Source: a virus (taxonomy: Duplodnaviria > Caudoviricetes). Taken from it: a stretch of DNA of 44,468 bases. Of the stretch, positions 34,368 through 43,458 are shown one piece after another. Position numbers and translations under genes: made by a program. Position 1 is the stretch's first letter. Each line of letters starts with the position of its first letter. Under the pieces are notes generated by a model. It saw nothing but the letters and a program-made list of their open reading frames with translations, did not search any database and had not been told where the DNA came from. The DNA lies in IMG/VR virus record IMGVR_UViG_3300027828_000046, positions 1 to 44,468 of that record; one strand, given 5' to 3'.

Positions 34368-36544
34368 GATTAAGTTTTAGTAGATTGAATTTAAAGCGAA
34401 GTTGTGAATTAAATTATTTTTTTAATTATATTCAAAAAGCCAAACCTAGTGATATTGTTGAAGAAAAATATGGAGTTTTTGGTAGTGTTTGTCATGACGC
34501 AATAGAAAACATAAATAAATTTAAATCTATTTTTGAAGCAGTAAATCATTATTGGTTAAAACAATCAGAAGTTCTTGAAACTATGAAAATACAAGAAGCC
34601 TATGATTTTGTAGAATTTTGTGTAAATTATGATTTTGGTTCTGAAATATTACAAAATGAAATGAAATTGGAATGGGAATTTATGGGATATAAATTTGTAG
34701 CTTATATTGATAGAGTTCTAAAAGACCATACAGTAATTGATTGGAAAACATCAACATATAAACCAAAGAAAAAAATTGAATATGAAACTCAAACATTATT
34801 TTATAGTTGGGCATATTGGAAAGTTTTTGGAATTGTTCCACCTCAATCTATTGTAGTATTTGGTAAAGCTAAAAAGGTTTTTCCTAAAGTTCCAACACTT
34901 GAAATTTTACAAGAATTTGAAAAAGAATTTGAAAAAGAATTAATTGAGCTTGAAACCAAAACAAAAAATAATAATTTTATTTCTATTAGAGAAAAAAGAA
35001 ACACAATAAAATTACAAGAAGAATGTTTTTTCTGTAAATATAAAAAATTATGTCAAATTAATTTAAATATGAAATCAGTTGAAAAAATAATATTATCTTA
35101 TGATTATTATAATTGTAAAATTGAAGGATGTATTGACCCAGTTTTATTTAAAGTATTTAATGATGAATTTTCATATACTATGGATAATGCACATTTTGCA
35201 ATTAAAACAATGAGAGCAAGAGGAAATAAAACATTTGATGGAATAATTAGATTATTTAAATATAATGGTGTATTTCCTAGAGGTTTTTTAGAAAAAGCTA
35301 GAGAATTATTACAACAATATAAAGCTTATAGAAAAGATTCTAATATTATAATTGAAGAAAAAAATCTTCAGGAAAATTTTATATTTGAAGAATTTAATTA
35401 TATAAAAAACCCAGATGTTAAATTAAGAAATTATCAAAATAAGGCAAATGATGAAATTCTAAAAAAAGATAGGTCAATCACTGAGATTTGTACTGGAGCA
35501 GGGAAAACTTTTATGGCTGCTGATATGATTTTTAGAAAAAAAATGAAAACATTATTTATTGTTGATGTTAAAATGTTAATGAATCAAACCAAATCAGAAT
35601 TTGAATATTTTTTTCCTTTTGAAAAAATTGGAGTAATTTCTGAAGGTAAACAAAATTGGGAGAATATTAATGTTGCAACTATTCAAACTGTTGTTTCTTT
35701 AATAAATAAAAAAGATTCAGAATTTTTAAAAAATATATCTGAATGTGGAATAGTTATTGTTGATGAGGCACATTCAGCAAAAGCAAAAATAAGAAGAAAA
35801 AAAATTGTGACAGAAGATAAAACTTCAATAGTTATAAAGGAATCTTATTATCAAATATTATCAGATAATTGTTTTCCAAAACACTTAATAGGTTTAACTG
35901 GAACAGCATATTCAAATGGAAATGATTCTTTAGAATTATATAAAACATTTGGATTTCCTCATCATAAAATAACAACTAAAGAATTAATTGAAGAAGGATA
36001 TTTAACATCACCACATATTGAATTTATTAAATATGAAACAAAAGATTTAATAATGAATGGAAATTATGAAGAAGTTTACAATCAAATCATTAAAGATGAA
36101 AATAGAATTGAATCTTTAAAAAAAATTGTTGAAAATCATCCACAAGAAAAAATTTTAATAATTGTTTCAAGGGTTGAACATGCTGAATTTATACATAAAT
36201 TATTAGATTCAAAAATCATTCAAGGGAAGACATCCAAAAAAGATAGAGAACAAATTTTAAAAGAATTTAAATATGAAAATTTAGATATAATAATTGGAAC
36301 AGCTCCACTTGTTCAAAAGGGTTTAAATATTCCTAATTTAGATGTTATAATAAATATATCTGGAAATAAAGGTCATATTATGACAATCCAAAGTTTAGGT
36401 CGTGTTTTAAGAAAATCAGAAGGAAAAGAAAAGGCTTATTATTATGATTTTCATGATTCACATTTTGCTATGATAAAACATACTAAAGAAAGAATAAAAG
36501 CTTTAAAAAATCAAGATTACGAGGTAATTATAAATGAAGTGTAA
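34364..36544 (+). CDS. Cas4/RecB-like PD-(D/E)xK nuclease fused to a superfamily-2 (XPB/UvsW-like) helicase
   Basis: LSFSRL...C, GSVCH..IE, YIDRV, VIDWKT, CFFCKYKKLC; LRNYQ, TGAGKT, DEAH, GLTGT, GLNIPNLD, QSLGRVLR. Confidence 0.9.
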   Translation: MRLSFSRLNLKRSCELNYFFNYIQKAKPSDIVEEKYGVFGSVCHDAIENINKFKSIFEAVNHYWLKQSEVLETMKIQEAYDFVEFCVNYDFGSEILQNEMKLEWEFMGYKFVAYIDRVLKDHTVIDWKTSTYKPKKKIEYETQTLFYSWAYWKVFGIVPPQSIVVFGKAKKVFPKVPTLEILQEFEKEFEKELIELETKTKNNNFISIREKRNTIKLQEECFFCKYKKLCQINLNMKSVEKIILSYDYYNCKIEGCIDPVLFKVFNDEFSYTMDNAHFAIKTMRARGNKTFDGIIRLFKYNGVFPRGFLEKARELLQQYKAYRKDSNIIIEEKNLQENFIFEEFNYIKNPDVKLRNYQNKANDEILKKDRSITEICTGAGKTFMAADMIFRKKMKTLFIVDVKMLMNQTKSEFEYFFPFEKIGVISEGKQNWENINVATIQTVVSLINKKDSEFLKNISECGIVIVDEAHSAKAKIRRKKIVTEDKTSIVIKESYYQILSDNCFPKHLIGLTGTAYSNGNDSLELYKTFGFPHHKITTKELIEEGYLTSPHIEFIKYETKDLIMNGNYEEVYNQIIKDENRIESLKKIVENHPQEKILIIVSRVEHAEFIHKLLDSKIIQGKTSKKDREQILKEFKYENLDIIIGTAPLVQKGLNIPNLDVIINISGNKGHIMTIQSLGRVLRKSEGKEKAYYYDFHDSHFAMIKHTKERIKALKNQDYEVIINEV

Positions 36545-36758
36545 AAAATGTAATACATATAACGATTATACAAGGAAAAGAATATTTATTGAAGGTGAAT
36601 ATCAAAATATAAGAATTTGCAATATTTGTGGTACTGATATGTCGGATAAAAATTTTAAAAAACCAAAATATGATAGTAATACATTAAAAGAAATTGCAAA
36701 AAAATTACCAGGTTATAAAGATTATGAGTATAGAATGAAAAATAAATTTAAACAATAG
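36534..36758 (+). CDS. Zinc-ribbon protein
   Basis: CKKC...CNICG. Confidence 0.8.
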   Translation: MKCKKCNTYNDYTRKRIFIEGEYQNIRICNICGTDMSDKNFKKPKYDSNTLKEIAKKLPGYKDYEYRMKNKFKQ

Positions 36759-36795
36759 ATACATTTATAAATATGTATCTATATATATACTTATG
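36755..36795 (+). promoter_or_regulatory. Leaderless promoter embedded in a 10-bp inverted repeat
   Basis: atagatacat-ttataaat-atgtatctat, then atatatacttATG as in the promoter at 27018-27056. Confidence 0.7.
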
Positions 36796-36957
36796 GATGA
36801 TAAAGAAATATTAATAAAACAATTAGAATCCGATAAAATGGTTATTGATAGGGCAAGAAAAAAACTTGATAAAAATAAACAAAAATCTGAATATAAAAGA
36901 TTATCTGGAATTAAATTCAATTTAAATAAAAAGATTAAGGAGTTAAAAGGTGAATAA
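36793..36957 (+). CDS. Small basic helical protein (54 aa, MDDKEILI...), not in the ORF track
   Basis: ATG 21 nt after the TATA box; open frame. Confidence 0.65.
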   Translation: MDDKEILIKQLESDKMVIDRARKKLDKNKQKSEYKRLSGIKFNLNKKIKELKGE

Positions 36958-37041
36958 TGATAAAAATATGTTATTAATATTATATCTAATATTATTGGTA
37001 ATGATGTATATAATATGGTTCATGAAATTGGTAAATTAAAA

Positions 37042-37491
37042 ATGGAAGAAAAAATTTTAGAAAGAGATTGGTATTATAAAGGTATTGTTTATTGGAACCA
37101 AGGAAAAGATTTAGGTCATTGTTTTGTGAAATTAAATGAATTAAATGAAATTATTGAAAATTTTTCATATATAGATAAAAAATTAGATTTATATGTTATA
37201 GGTGGAAATTATCATATTGAAGTTACAAGAAATGAAGATGGTAATGCAAAAACTATATATAAAAGAATTTTAAATGAGGGAAATTTAATTGATTTTAAAA
37301 TAGTTCAAAAGTGGAGAATTGAATCTCTTGAAAGTAAAGAAAAACAAAAAGAATTTAGAAATTCACAAAAATTAATTAAAGAATCACATAATATTGAAAA
37401 TATGAAATTAAAAGATTTGAAAGATTATACAAATAAATCATGGCAAAATAGAGATTTGGTTTTAGCCTGGATTTTAAAATATTTACAATAA
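37042..37491 (+). CDS. Hypothetical protein
   Basis: taaaaATG start at MEEKIL; coupled to PolB. Confidence 0.75.
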   Translation: MEEKILERDWYYKGIVYWNQGKDLGHCFVKLNELNEIIENFSYIDKKLDLYVIGGNYHIEVTRNEDGNAKTIYKRILNEGNLIDFKIVQKWRIESLESKEKQKEFRNSQKLIKESHNIENMKLKDLKDYTNKSWQNRDLVLAWILKYLQ

Positions 37492-37492
37492 A

Positions 37493-40060
37493 ATGAAAAC
37501 AATAGTAAGAGTTAAAGAAACACCAACAGGTGTTAGGGTTAAGAAAAGAATTGATGGTGAAATTAAATTTGAAGACATTGAATTTAATAATTATTTTTAT
37601 ATTAAAAAATCTGATTATGAATTATTTAGAGATACGATTCAAGAAGAATCTAAACATATTTTAGGAATTGCTGAATGTCCTGAAAAAGATGCTGTTAAAA
37701 TAATTTTTATTGATAATTTTTCAAGATATAAATTAAAATCTAAATTTGAAATATTAAAAATTCCATTATATGAAGCAGATTTGATGGCCAATAAAAGATG
37801 GTTGATTGATACTAAACCAGAAATGAATTCAAAAGGTTTAAAATGGCTTATGTATGATATAGAAACAAAAGATGATTCACCATTTGAAAAGGATATGATG
37901 GGAGCAATTATTGCAATGGAACCAGTTTTATGTATTGCATATAAAGATATAGATGGAAATCAATTTTTTATTAAAAATGAAAATTTAGAAAATCCAATTG
38001 AGGGAGAAAAAAAATTACTTAAATTACATGATGAAATAATAACACATTATGATATTATTTTAGGTTGGAATTCTAAAAGATTTGATGATACTTATATAAA
38101 ACAAAGAAATGAATTACATGAAATTTCTAATTATAATTGGGATTTTATAAATCAAATTGATTATAAAGAATTAGTTGAGAAATATTTATTCCCAAAAATT
38201 CCTAGTTATTCTTTAAATAATGCTTCAAAAAGTATTTTAAATGATACTAAACTTGAAGGTTTTAAAGCTGGAAAAGGAAATGTTTTGAAACATTGGAGGA
38301 TGTCATTTGATGGAGATAATACACTTGAAAAATATAATGAACAAGATGTTGAATTAATGTTTAAAATGGAACAGAAATTAAATTTTATAACTTTAGCAAT
38401 GAATCAAGCAGATATTGCTGGATGTCAAATTCAAGAAACTCTTTATAATTCTGAAATCTGGGATATGATTTTATTAAAAGAATATGATATAAAAAATTTA
38501 TTATCACCTACAAGACCATCTAAAGAAGAAATTGAAAAAAGAAAAAAAGATTTTTATGTTGCTGGTGCTTATACTTTTTGTTTAAATCCTGGTGTCCATG
38601 AAAAAGTTTTTGTATTTGACTTTAAAAGTTTTTATCCGACAACTGTTACAGCTTGTAATATTTGTAATACAACATTATTAAATGGTGTTGATATAATAGA
38701 GGCTGGAGAATTTAAAACTACAATTCCTTCTGATATTCATCAGGTGAATTTACAAACTACCAAAAGTCCATTTCTTATGGACTTGAAAAAAAATGAAGTA
38801 TCTAATTGTGAAACCATTAAAATAATTGAAATGGATAAAAAATCAGCTAAATTACAATTTAATGAAAAACATTTCACAAATTCAAAAAGAGGAATACTTT
38901 CAGAAATTATGGATTTATATATTTCAAAAAGAGATGAAACAAAATATTTAGCAAAAATTGAAAAGGATGAATTCAAAAAGAAAGAATTGGATTCAATACA
39001 AAATTCATATAAAACCCTTGCAAATTCAGGCTATGGGGCAATGGGAATGGTTGGATTTAGATATTTTAATCAAAATATTGCGAATGCTATTACACAATTT
39101 TGTAGGTATGTAATTAAAGAATGTATTTGTATTGCGAGTGAAATGGGTTTTAAAGTTATTCAAGGTGATACTGATTCTATAATGTTTATTAATGTTGAAA
39201 ATAAACATACAGAAAAAGATTTGGAATATGAGTTTTATAAACAATTTGATGAAATTGCAAAAAGACAAAATATTGAATCAAAAAAATTTGAATTAGTGAA
39301 TCCTAAAACAAAAGAGAAAGAAGAAAAAAATCATTTTATTGTTTTTGAACATGAAAAAACTTTTAATAAAATGATTTCAATTAAGAAAAAAAATTATGCT
39401 GATTTAATGATTGAAATGGATAAAGATGGAAATCCAATTGGAGAACCAAAAATATCAATAACTGGTTTAGAATGTATAGCAAAAGATACAAATCCACTTG
39501 CAAAAGAAATGCAAAAAACTTTAATAGATAATATTTTAAATGATACATTTTCAGAATCAATATTTTTAAAAGATATTAATATGATAAAATTAGAATTACA
39601 AAATAATGTACTTGATACAAAATATTTAATTATGCAAAAATCATTAAATAAAAATCCAGAAGATTATGGACAACCTATGATTGATTCTAAAACTGGATTA
39701 CCAAAATTAAGAAAATCAGATGGAATGCCAATGTTTTCACCAATTCCAGCGCATGTAAAATTGGCAAAAGAATTAATTAAAAAAGGTCATGATATTTATG
39801 TTGGTGATGAAATCACATATATAGTGAAAGAGCAAGGTCCAATAGTTCCAATTTCTATTGAGGATTATATTGATGGGGAAGATTTTGATAGAGAATATTA
39901 TTGGGACAGAATAATAACACCAATCATGAAAATATTATTTATTACACATCCTAATTTAATTTTAGATAATCCAGAATTATGGACAATGAAAGAATTAAAT
40001 GAAAAGAAATTAGAAAAACATATTGAAAAATTAAAAAAGAATTGTTTAAAAGATGAATGA
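37493..40060 (+). CDS. polB: Family B DNA polymerase with 3'-5' exonuclease
   Basis: ExoI YDIET, ExoII WNSKRFD, ExoIII YNEQD; FDFKSFYPT, KTLANSGYG, QGDTDS, KKNYA. Confidence 0.96.
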   Translation: MKTIVRVKETPTGVRVKKRIDGEIKFEDIEFNNYFYIKKSDYELFRDTIQEESKHILGIAECPEKDAVKIIFIDNFSRYKLKSKFEILKIPLYEADLMANKRWLIDTKPEMNSKGLKWLMYDIETKDDSPFEKDMMGAIIAMEPVLCIAYKDIDGNQFFIKNENLENPIEGEKKLLKLHDEIITHYDIILGWNSKRFDDTYIKQRNELHEISNYNWDFINQIDYKELVEKYLFPKIPSYSLNNASKSILNDTKLEGFKAGKGNVLKHWRMSFDGDNTLEKYNEQDVELMFKMEQKLNFITLAMNQADIAGCQIQETLYNSEIWDMILLKEYDIKNLLSPTRPSKEEIEKRKKDFYVAGAYTFCLNPGVHEKVFVFDFKSFYPTTVTACNICNTTLLNGVDIIEAGEFKTTIPSDIHQVNLQTTKSPFLMDLKKNEVSNCETIKIIEMDKKSAKLQFNEKHFTNSKRGILSEIMDLYISKRDETKYLAKIEKDEFKKKELDSIQNSYKTLANSGYGAMGMVGFRYFNQNIANAITQFCRYVIKECICIASEMGFKVIQGDTDSIMFINVENKHTEKDLEYEFYKQFDEIAKRQNIESKKFELVNPKTKEKEEKNHFIVFEHEKTFNKMISIKKKNYADLMIEMDKDGNPIGEPKISITGLECIAKDTNPLAKEMQKTLIDNILNDTFSESIFLKDINMIKLELQNNVLDTKYLIMQKSLNKNPEDYGQPMIDSKTGLPKLRKSDGMPMFSPIPAHVKLAKELIKKGHDIYVGDEITYIVKEQGPIVPISIEDYIDGEDFDREYYWDRIITPIMKILFITHPNLILDNPELWTMKELNEKKLEKHIEKLKKNCLKDE

Positions 40061-40196
40061 AGAAGATATTTTAAAATATTGTTTAAAAGAGGCTTGTGAT
40101 AAATGTAGAATGTTAAATTATAGAATATCTATTGAAAAATTACTTGAACAAGAAATAAATAGTTTTATAAATATAGAAGTACTTAAATATATATAA
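40053..40196 (+). CDS. Small hypothetical protein (47 aa, MNEEDILK...)
   Basis: Open frame filling the PolB-dUTPase gap; overlaps a promoter, so uncertain. Confidence 0.4.
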   Translation: MNEEDILKYCLKEACDKCRMLNYRISIEKLLEQEINSFINIEVLKYI

Positions 40197-40198
40197 AA
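40161..40198 (+). promoter_or_regulatory. Promoter of the pyrimidine-metabolism operon
   Basis: tttataaatatagaagtacttaaatatatat directly before the dUTPase ATG. Confidence 0.8.
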
Positions 40199-40642
40199 AT
40201 GGAATATTTAAAAGTAAAAGATTTAGGAAAAGATGGAAAAATTTTAGCACCAGCAAAAGTTGGTGATGTTGGTTATGATGTTATTGCAACAGAAGATTGT
40301 TATATTGGTTTAAATGATAGACATAATATGCCATTAGGAATTGCAATAGAAATTCCATTGGGATATGTTGCAATTATTCAAGCAAAATCTGGAAGAGCAA
40401 AAAAAGAAGGAATAACAACAATTGGAAATATAATTGATTCTGGATATAGAGGAGAAATTCATGCAAATATTGTAAATACTGGATTAACACCAATAGAAAT
40501 ATCTAAAGGTGAAAAAGTAGCACAAATTTTATTTCATAAATGTTATACACCAGAAATTCAAATAGTTTCAGAATTATCTGAATCAGAAAGAGGGGATAAA
40601 GGTTTTGGAAGTACTGGTTTATATTGTGAGGATAAACAATGA
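40199..40642 (+). CDS. dut: Trimeric dUTPase family protein
   Basis: DVGYDV, AKSGRA, IIDSGYRGEI, GEKVAQ, RGDKGFGSTG. Confidence 0.93.
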   Translation: MEYLKVKDLGKDGKILAPAKVGDVGYDVIATEDCYIGLNDRHNMPLGIAIEIPLGYVAIIQAKSGRAKKEGITTIGNIIDSGYRGEIHANIVNTGLTPIEISKGEKVAQILFHKCYTPEIQIVSELSESERGDKGFGSTGLYCEDKQ

Positions 40643-41148
40643 AATTTAATTTAATTATTGAAGGTTGTGATTGTACTGGAAAAACAAGTTTAATAGGACA
40701 ATTAATGAAATCATTAAAATATAAAAATGTTATAAAATGCTCTAATCAAGAAAATAAAAAAGAAGGAAAAAAATTTAATGAAGATTTGGTTAAATTTATG
40801 AATATCGAAAAAAGTGTTATTTTTGATAGGGCAACTTTATCCGAAGATATTTATCCTGAAATTATGAAAAGATATAAAATTAATTATATGAGACAATTAG
40901 AAAAAAAGGTTTTAAATCATAATATTTTAATTGTTTTAACTGTTGGAAATGATGAAATCTTAAAAAAAAGATTTGATGGTGAATATATAACAGAAAAACA
41001 ATTATTAAAAATTAGAGATAGATATGAAAAATTATTTCCAAAATTAAATTATAAACATAAAATTCTAATTGATACATCAAATAAAAATACTAATCAAATT
41101 ATAAATATAATTTATGATTATATCTTAAAAAATTGTGAGGTTAATTAA
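40639..41148 (+). CDS. Thymidylate-kinase-like dNMP kinase
   Basis: IIEGCDCTGKTS P-loop and VIFDRATLSEDIY. Confidence 0.85.
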   Translation: MKFNLIIEGCDCTGKTSLIGQLMKSLKYKNVIKCSNQENKKEGKKFNEDLVKFMNIEKSVIFDRATLSEDIYPEIMKRYKINYMRQLEKKVLNHNILIVLTVGNDEILKKRFDGEYITEKQLLKIRDRYEKLFPKLNYKHKILIDTSNKNTNQIINIIYDYILKNCEVN

Positions 41149-41985
41149 ATGTTTTATTATACTTTAGATATAATTTATAAAAAAATTATTAGGGAATTAC
41201 TAGAACAAAAACCTATATTAAATGAAAGAACAAAAGTTGAAACCAAATCATTATGGGGAGTAAATTTTGATTGGGATATGAGTTTTTATCCATTATTAGA
41301 TTGTAGACAAATGTTTCCAAAAACAGGTGCTGCTGAATTGGCATGGATGTTGAGAGGAACAAAAAATATTTCTTTTATTAGAAAATATTCTAAAATTTGG
41401 GATAAATTTACTGATGATGATAAACCTAATGAAATTAAAACAGCATATGGATATAGATGGTCACATGCTTTTGGTTATGACCAAATAAATAATATAATTG
41501 AAAAATTAAAAAAAGACCCTAGTTCAAGACAACAAATTTTATTAAATTGGGACCCTAGAACAGATAATATTGAAAAGGCAAAAAATATCCCATGTCCATT
41601 TGCTATTGTTGTTGGAATAATTGATGGAAGATTAAATCTTCATTTAACTGTTAGGAGTCAGGACTGGATGATAGGATTCCCTTATGATATTTTAACTTAT
41701 ACTTTATTAGGTAATGCTTTGGCGAATTCTTTAAATATTCCAGTTGGAAAATTACATTATAGTATTGCTAATTGTCATATTTATGAAAATCATTTTAAAC
41801 AAGCAAAAAAAATAATTGAATCTAAAAAATTGGGATTACATAAAATTTATATTATAAATAATAATTTTACAATTGAAGATATAAGAGAAATGTCACATGA
41901 TTATGTTGATATTATTGATAAAGATTGTTTAGAATCTGGATATAATATGGAAAAAGAAAGAATGGAGTTTGATATTGTCCAATGA
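41149..41985 (+). CDS. thyA: Thymidylate synthase family protein with the dCMP-type specificity residue (putative dCMP methylase)
   Basis: ELAWMLRG, IWDKF, AYGYRW, DPSSRQ, catalytic PC (C149), RSQD..IGFPYD (D180), HIYENH. Confidence 0.92.
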   Translation: MFYYTLDIIYKKIIRELLEQKPILNERTKVETKSLWGVNFDWDMSFYPLLDCRQMFPKTGAAELAWMLRGTKNISFIRKYSKIWDKFTDDDKPNEIKTAYGYRWSHAFGYDQINNIIEKLKKDPSSRQQILLNWDPRTDNIEKAKNIPCPFAIVVGIIDGRLNLHLTVRSQDWMIGFPYDILTYTLLGNALANSLNIPVGKLHYSIANCHIYENHFKQAKKIIESKKLGLHKIYIINNNFTIEDIREMSHDYVDIIDKDCLESGYNMEKERMEFDIVQ

Positions 41986-42440
41986 AAACAATTATAATGT
42001 TAAGTAATGATGGATTTTTTGCACATGAAGATGGCTCTCTAAATTTTGGTTGTAAAGAAGATAAAATATGGTTAAGAAAACAAATTAAAAATAAATGGAT
42101 TTTAGTTGGATATAATACATTTATTTCTATTAAAAATTACCCAAAATTATTATCACTTCCAGATAGATGGATTGTAGTAACTACAAAAAAAGTAAATTAC
42201 ACAAAATTAAATAATGTTATGTTTGTTAAAAAAAATGATATTAAAAATTATAAAATTGATATAAATTTTGGTGGAATACAAACAATAAAAGATTTCAAAT
42301 CAGATAGAATTATTGTTAATAGAATGAATAAAAAAATTTATATAGGTCTTAAATTTCCAAAAGAAATTTTTAAGGATTATATTTTACAAGAAATAATCAC
42401 TTTTGAAAATTATAAAAGAGAAATATGGGATTTAAAATGA
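41982..42440 (+). CDS. Dihydrofolate reductase-like protein
   Basis: DGSLNF..KEDKIWLRK, ILVGYNTF.S, LPDR.IVVT, FGG; coupled to the thyA homolog. Confidence 0.8.
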   Translation: MKTIIMLSNDGFFAHEDGSLNFGCKEDKIWLRKQIKNKWILVGYNTFISIKNYPKLLSLPDRWIVVTTKKVNYTKLNNVMFVKKNDIKNYKIDINFGGIQTIKDFKSDRIIVNRMNKKIYIGLKFPKEIFKDYILQEIITFENYKREIWDLK

Positions 42441-42832
42441 ATAAAAGACATTTAAAATTATATAAAAATATTGCAAATTTAATCATGGATTGTTCAGCTG
42501 ATAAAAAGAAAAAGGTTGGTGCAATTCTAATAAAAGACGGTAGAATTTTGGCTACTGGATATAATGGACAAATTCCAGGTGAAAAACATATTCCAATTGA
42601 AAGAAATGGGAAAGATATTTCAACTGTACATGCTGAACAAAATGTTTTATGTTTTTGTGCTAAAAATGGAATATCAACAAATGATTGTGAATTAATAACA
42701 ACATTATATCCATGTAATGATTGTACTAAATTATTAATTCAAGCAGGAATTAAAAGGATTTATTATATTGAAGAAAAAAATATAGGAGATAATATTTTTA
42801 AAAAATTCATCAAAATTAAAAAATTAAAATGA
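42437..42832 (+). CDS. dCMP deaminase family protein
   Basis: VGAIL, TGYNG, HAEQN, PCNDC, IQAGIKRIYY; start moved to MNKRH (ATGA overlap). Confidence 0.93.
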   Translation: MNKRHLKLYKNIANLIMDCSADKKKKVGAILIKDGRILATGYNGQIPGEKHIPIERNGKDISTVHAEQNVLCFCAKNGISTNDCELITTLYPCNDCTKLLIQAGIKRIYYIEEKNIGDNIFKKFIKIKKLK

Positions 42833-43284
42833 CTAAACAAATAACAGAGGAAAAATTTAAAGAAGATGTTGAAAAACTTGATGGATTTTTTGTTGAAAAA
42901 CTTCAAGTAAATCCATTTGCTTTTACTGATGTTTCAGCTGATTATTTAATACAAAATGAAAAATTTGATATATTATGTGAAGTTAAAGAAATTAAAATGA
43001 GGAATAGAAAAACAGAACCAAAATTTACAATTTCAAGATTAACACAAGAAAAAAAATTATGGGATTGGGAACATAGATTTCAAAGAAATAAATCATTTAT
43101 ATTTTTTTGTTTTTGGGATACAAATAAAAAAAAATCTAATTCTTATTTAGTTTCAATTTTGGCATGGATTAGATTAAGAAGAATTTGGATAAAATCAGAT
43201 ATAACACCTGAAGAATTTGAACAAGAATTTTATTTATATAAAGTTAAATTAAATAATAATGTTTGGCAATTAGATTTTAATTAA
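42829..43284 (+). CDS. Holliday junction resolvase-like PD-(D/E)xK nuclease (RecU/Hjc type)
   Basis: N-terminal E helix, SADYL, LCEVK, RLTQ. Confidence 0.7.
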   Translation: MTKQITEEKFKEDVEKLDGFFVEKLQVNPFAFTDVSADYLIQNEKFDILCEVKEIKMRNRKTEPKFTISRLTQEKKLWDWEHRFQRNKSFIFFCFWDTNKKKSNSYLVSILAWIRLRRIWIKSDITPEEFEQEFYLYKVKLNNNVWQLDFN

Positions 43285-43457
43285 TAATCATTTATATTAA
43301 TACTTTTCATAGAATATTTATCTTTTAAATAATAATAATTTTCTGAAATTGACAAACTAGTATCAATCTCACTTTCGTCAACTGTTATTCCACAATTTTT
43401 TTCTAATAACATTTTAACACCACCAATAATAAATAATGGTGAATATTTTTTATTCAT
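43281..43457 (-). CDS. Small hypothetical protein (58 aa), not in the ORF track
   Basis: TAA-A-ATG junction with the 43459 gene; converges on the resolvase stop. Confidence 0.55.
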   Translation of the reverse strand: MNKKYSPLFIIGGVKMLLEKNCGITVDESEIDTSLSISENYYYLKDKYSMKSININDY

Positions 43458-43458
43458 T

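Noticed and set aside
30192-39268. Minus-strand and alternate-frame ORFs in the replication block (30192-30527, 30229-30516, 30560-30793, 38740-38976, 39026-39268)
   Set aside because: They overlap stronger genes and have low-complexity shadow composition
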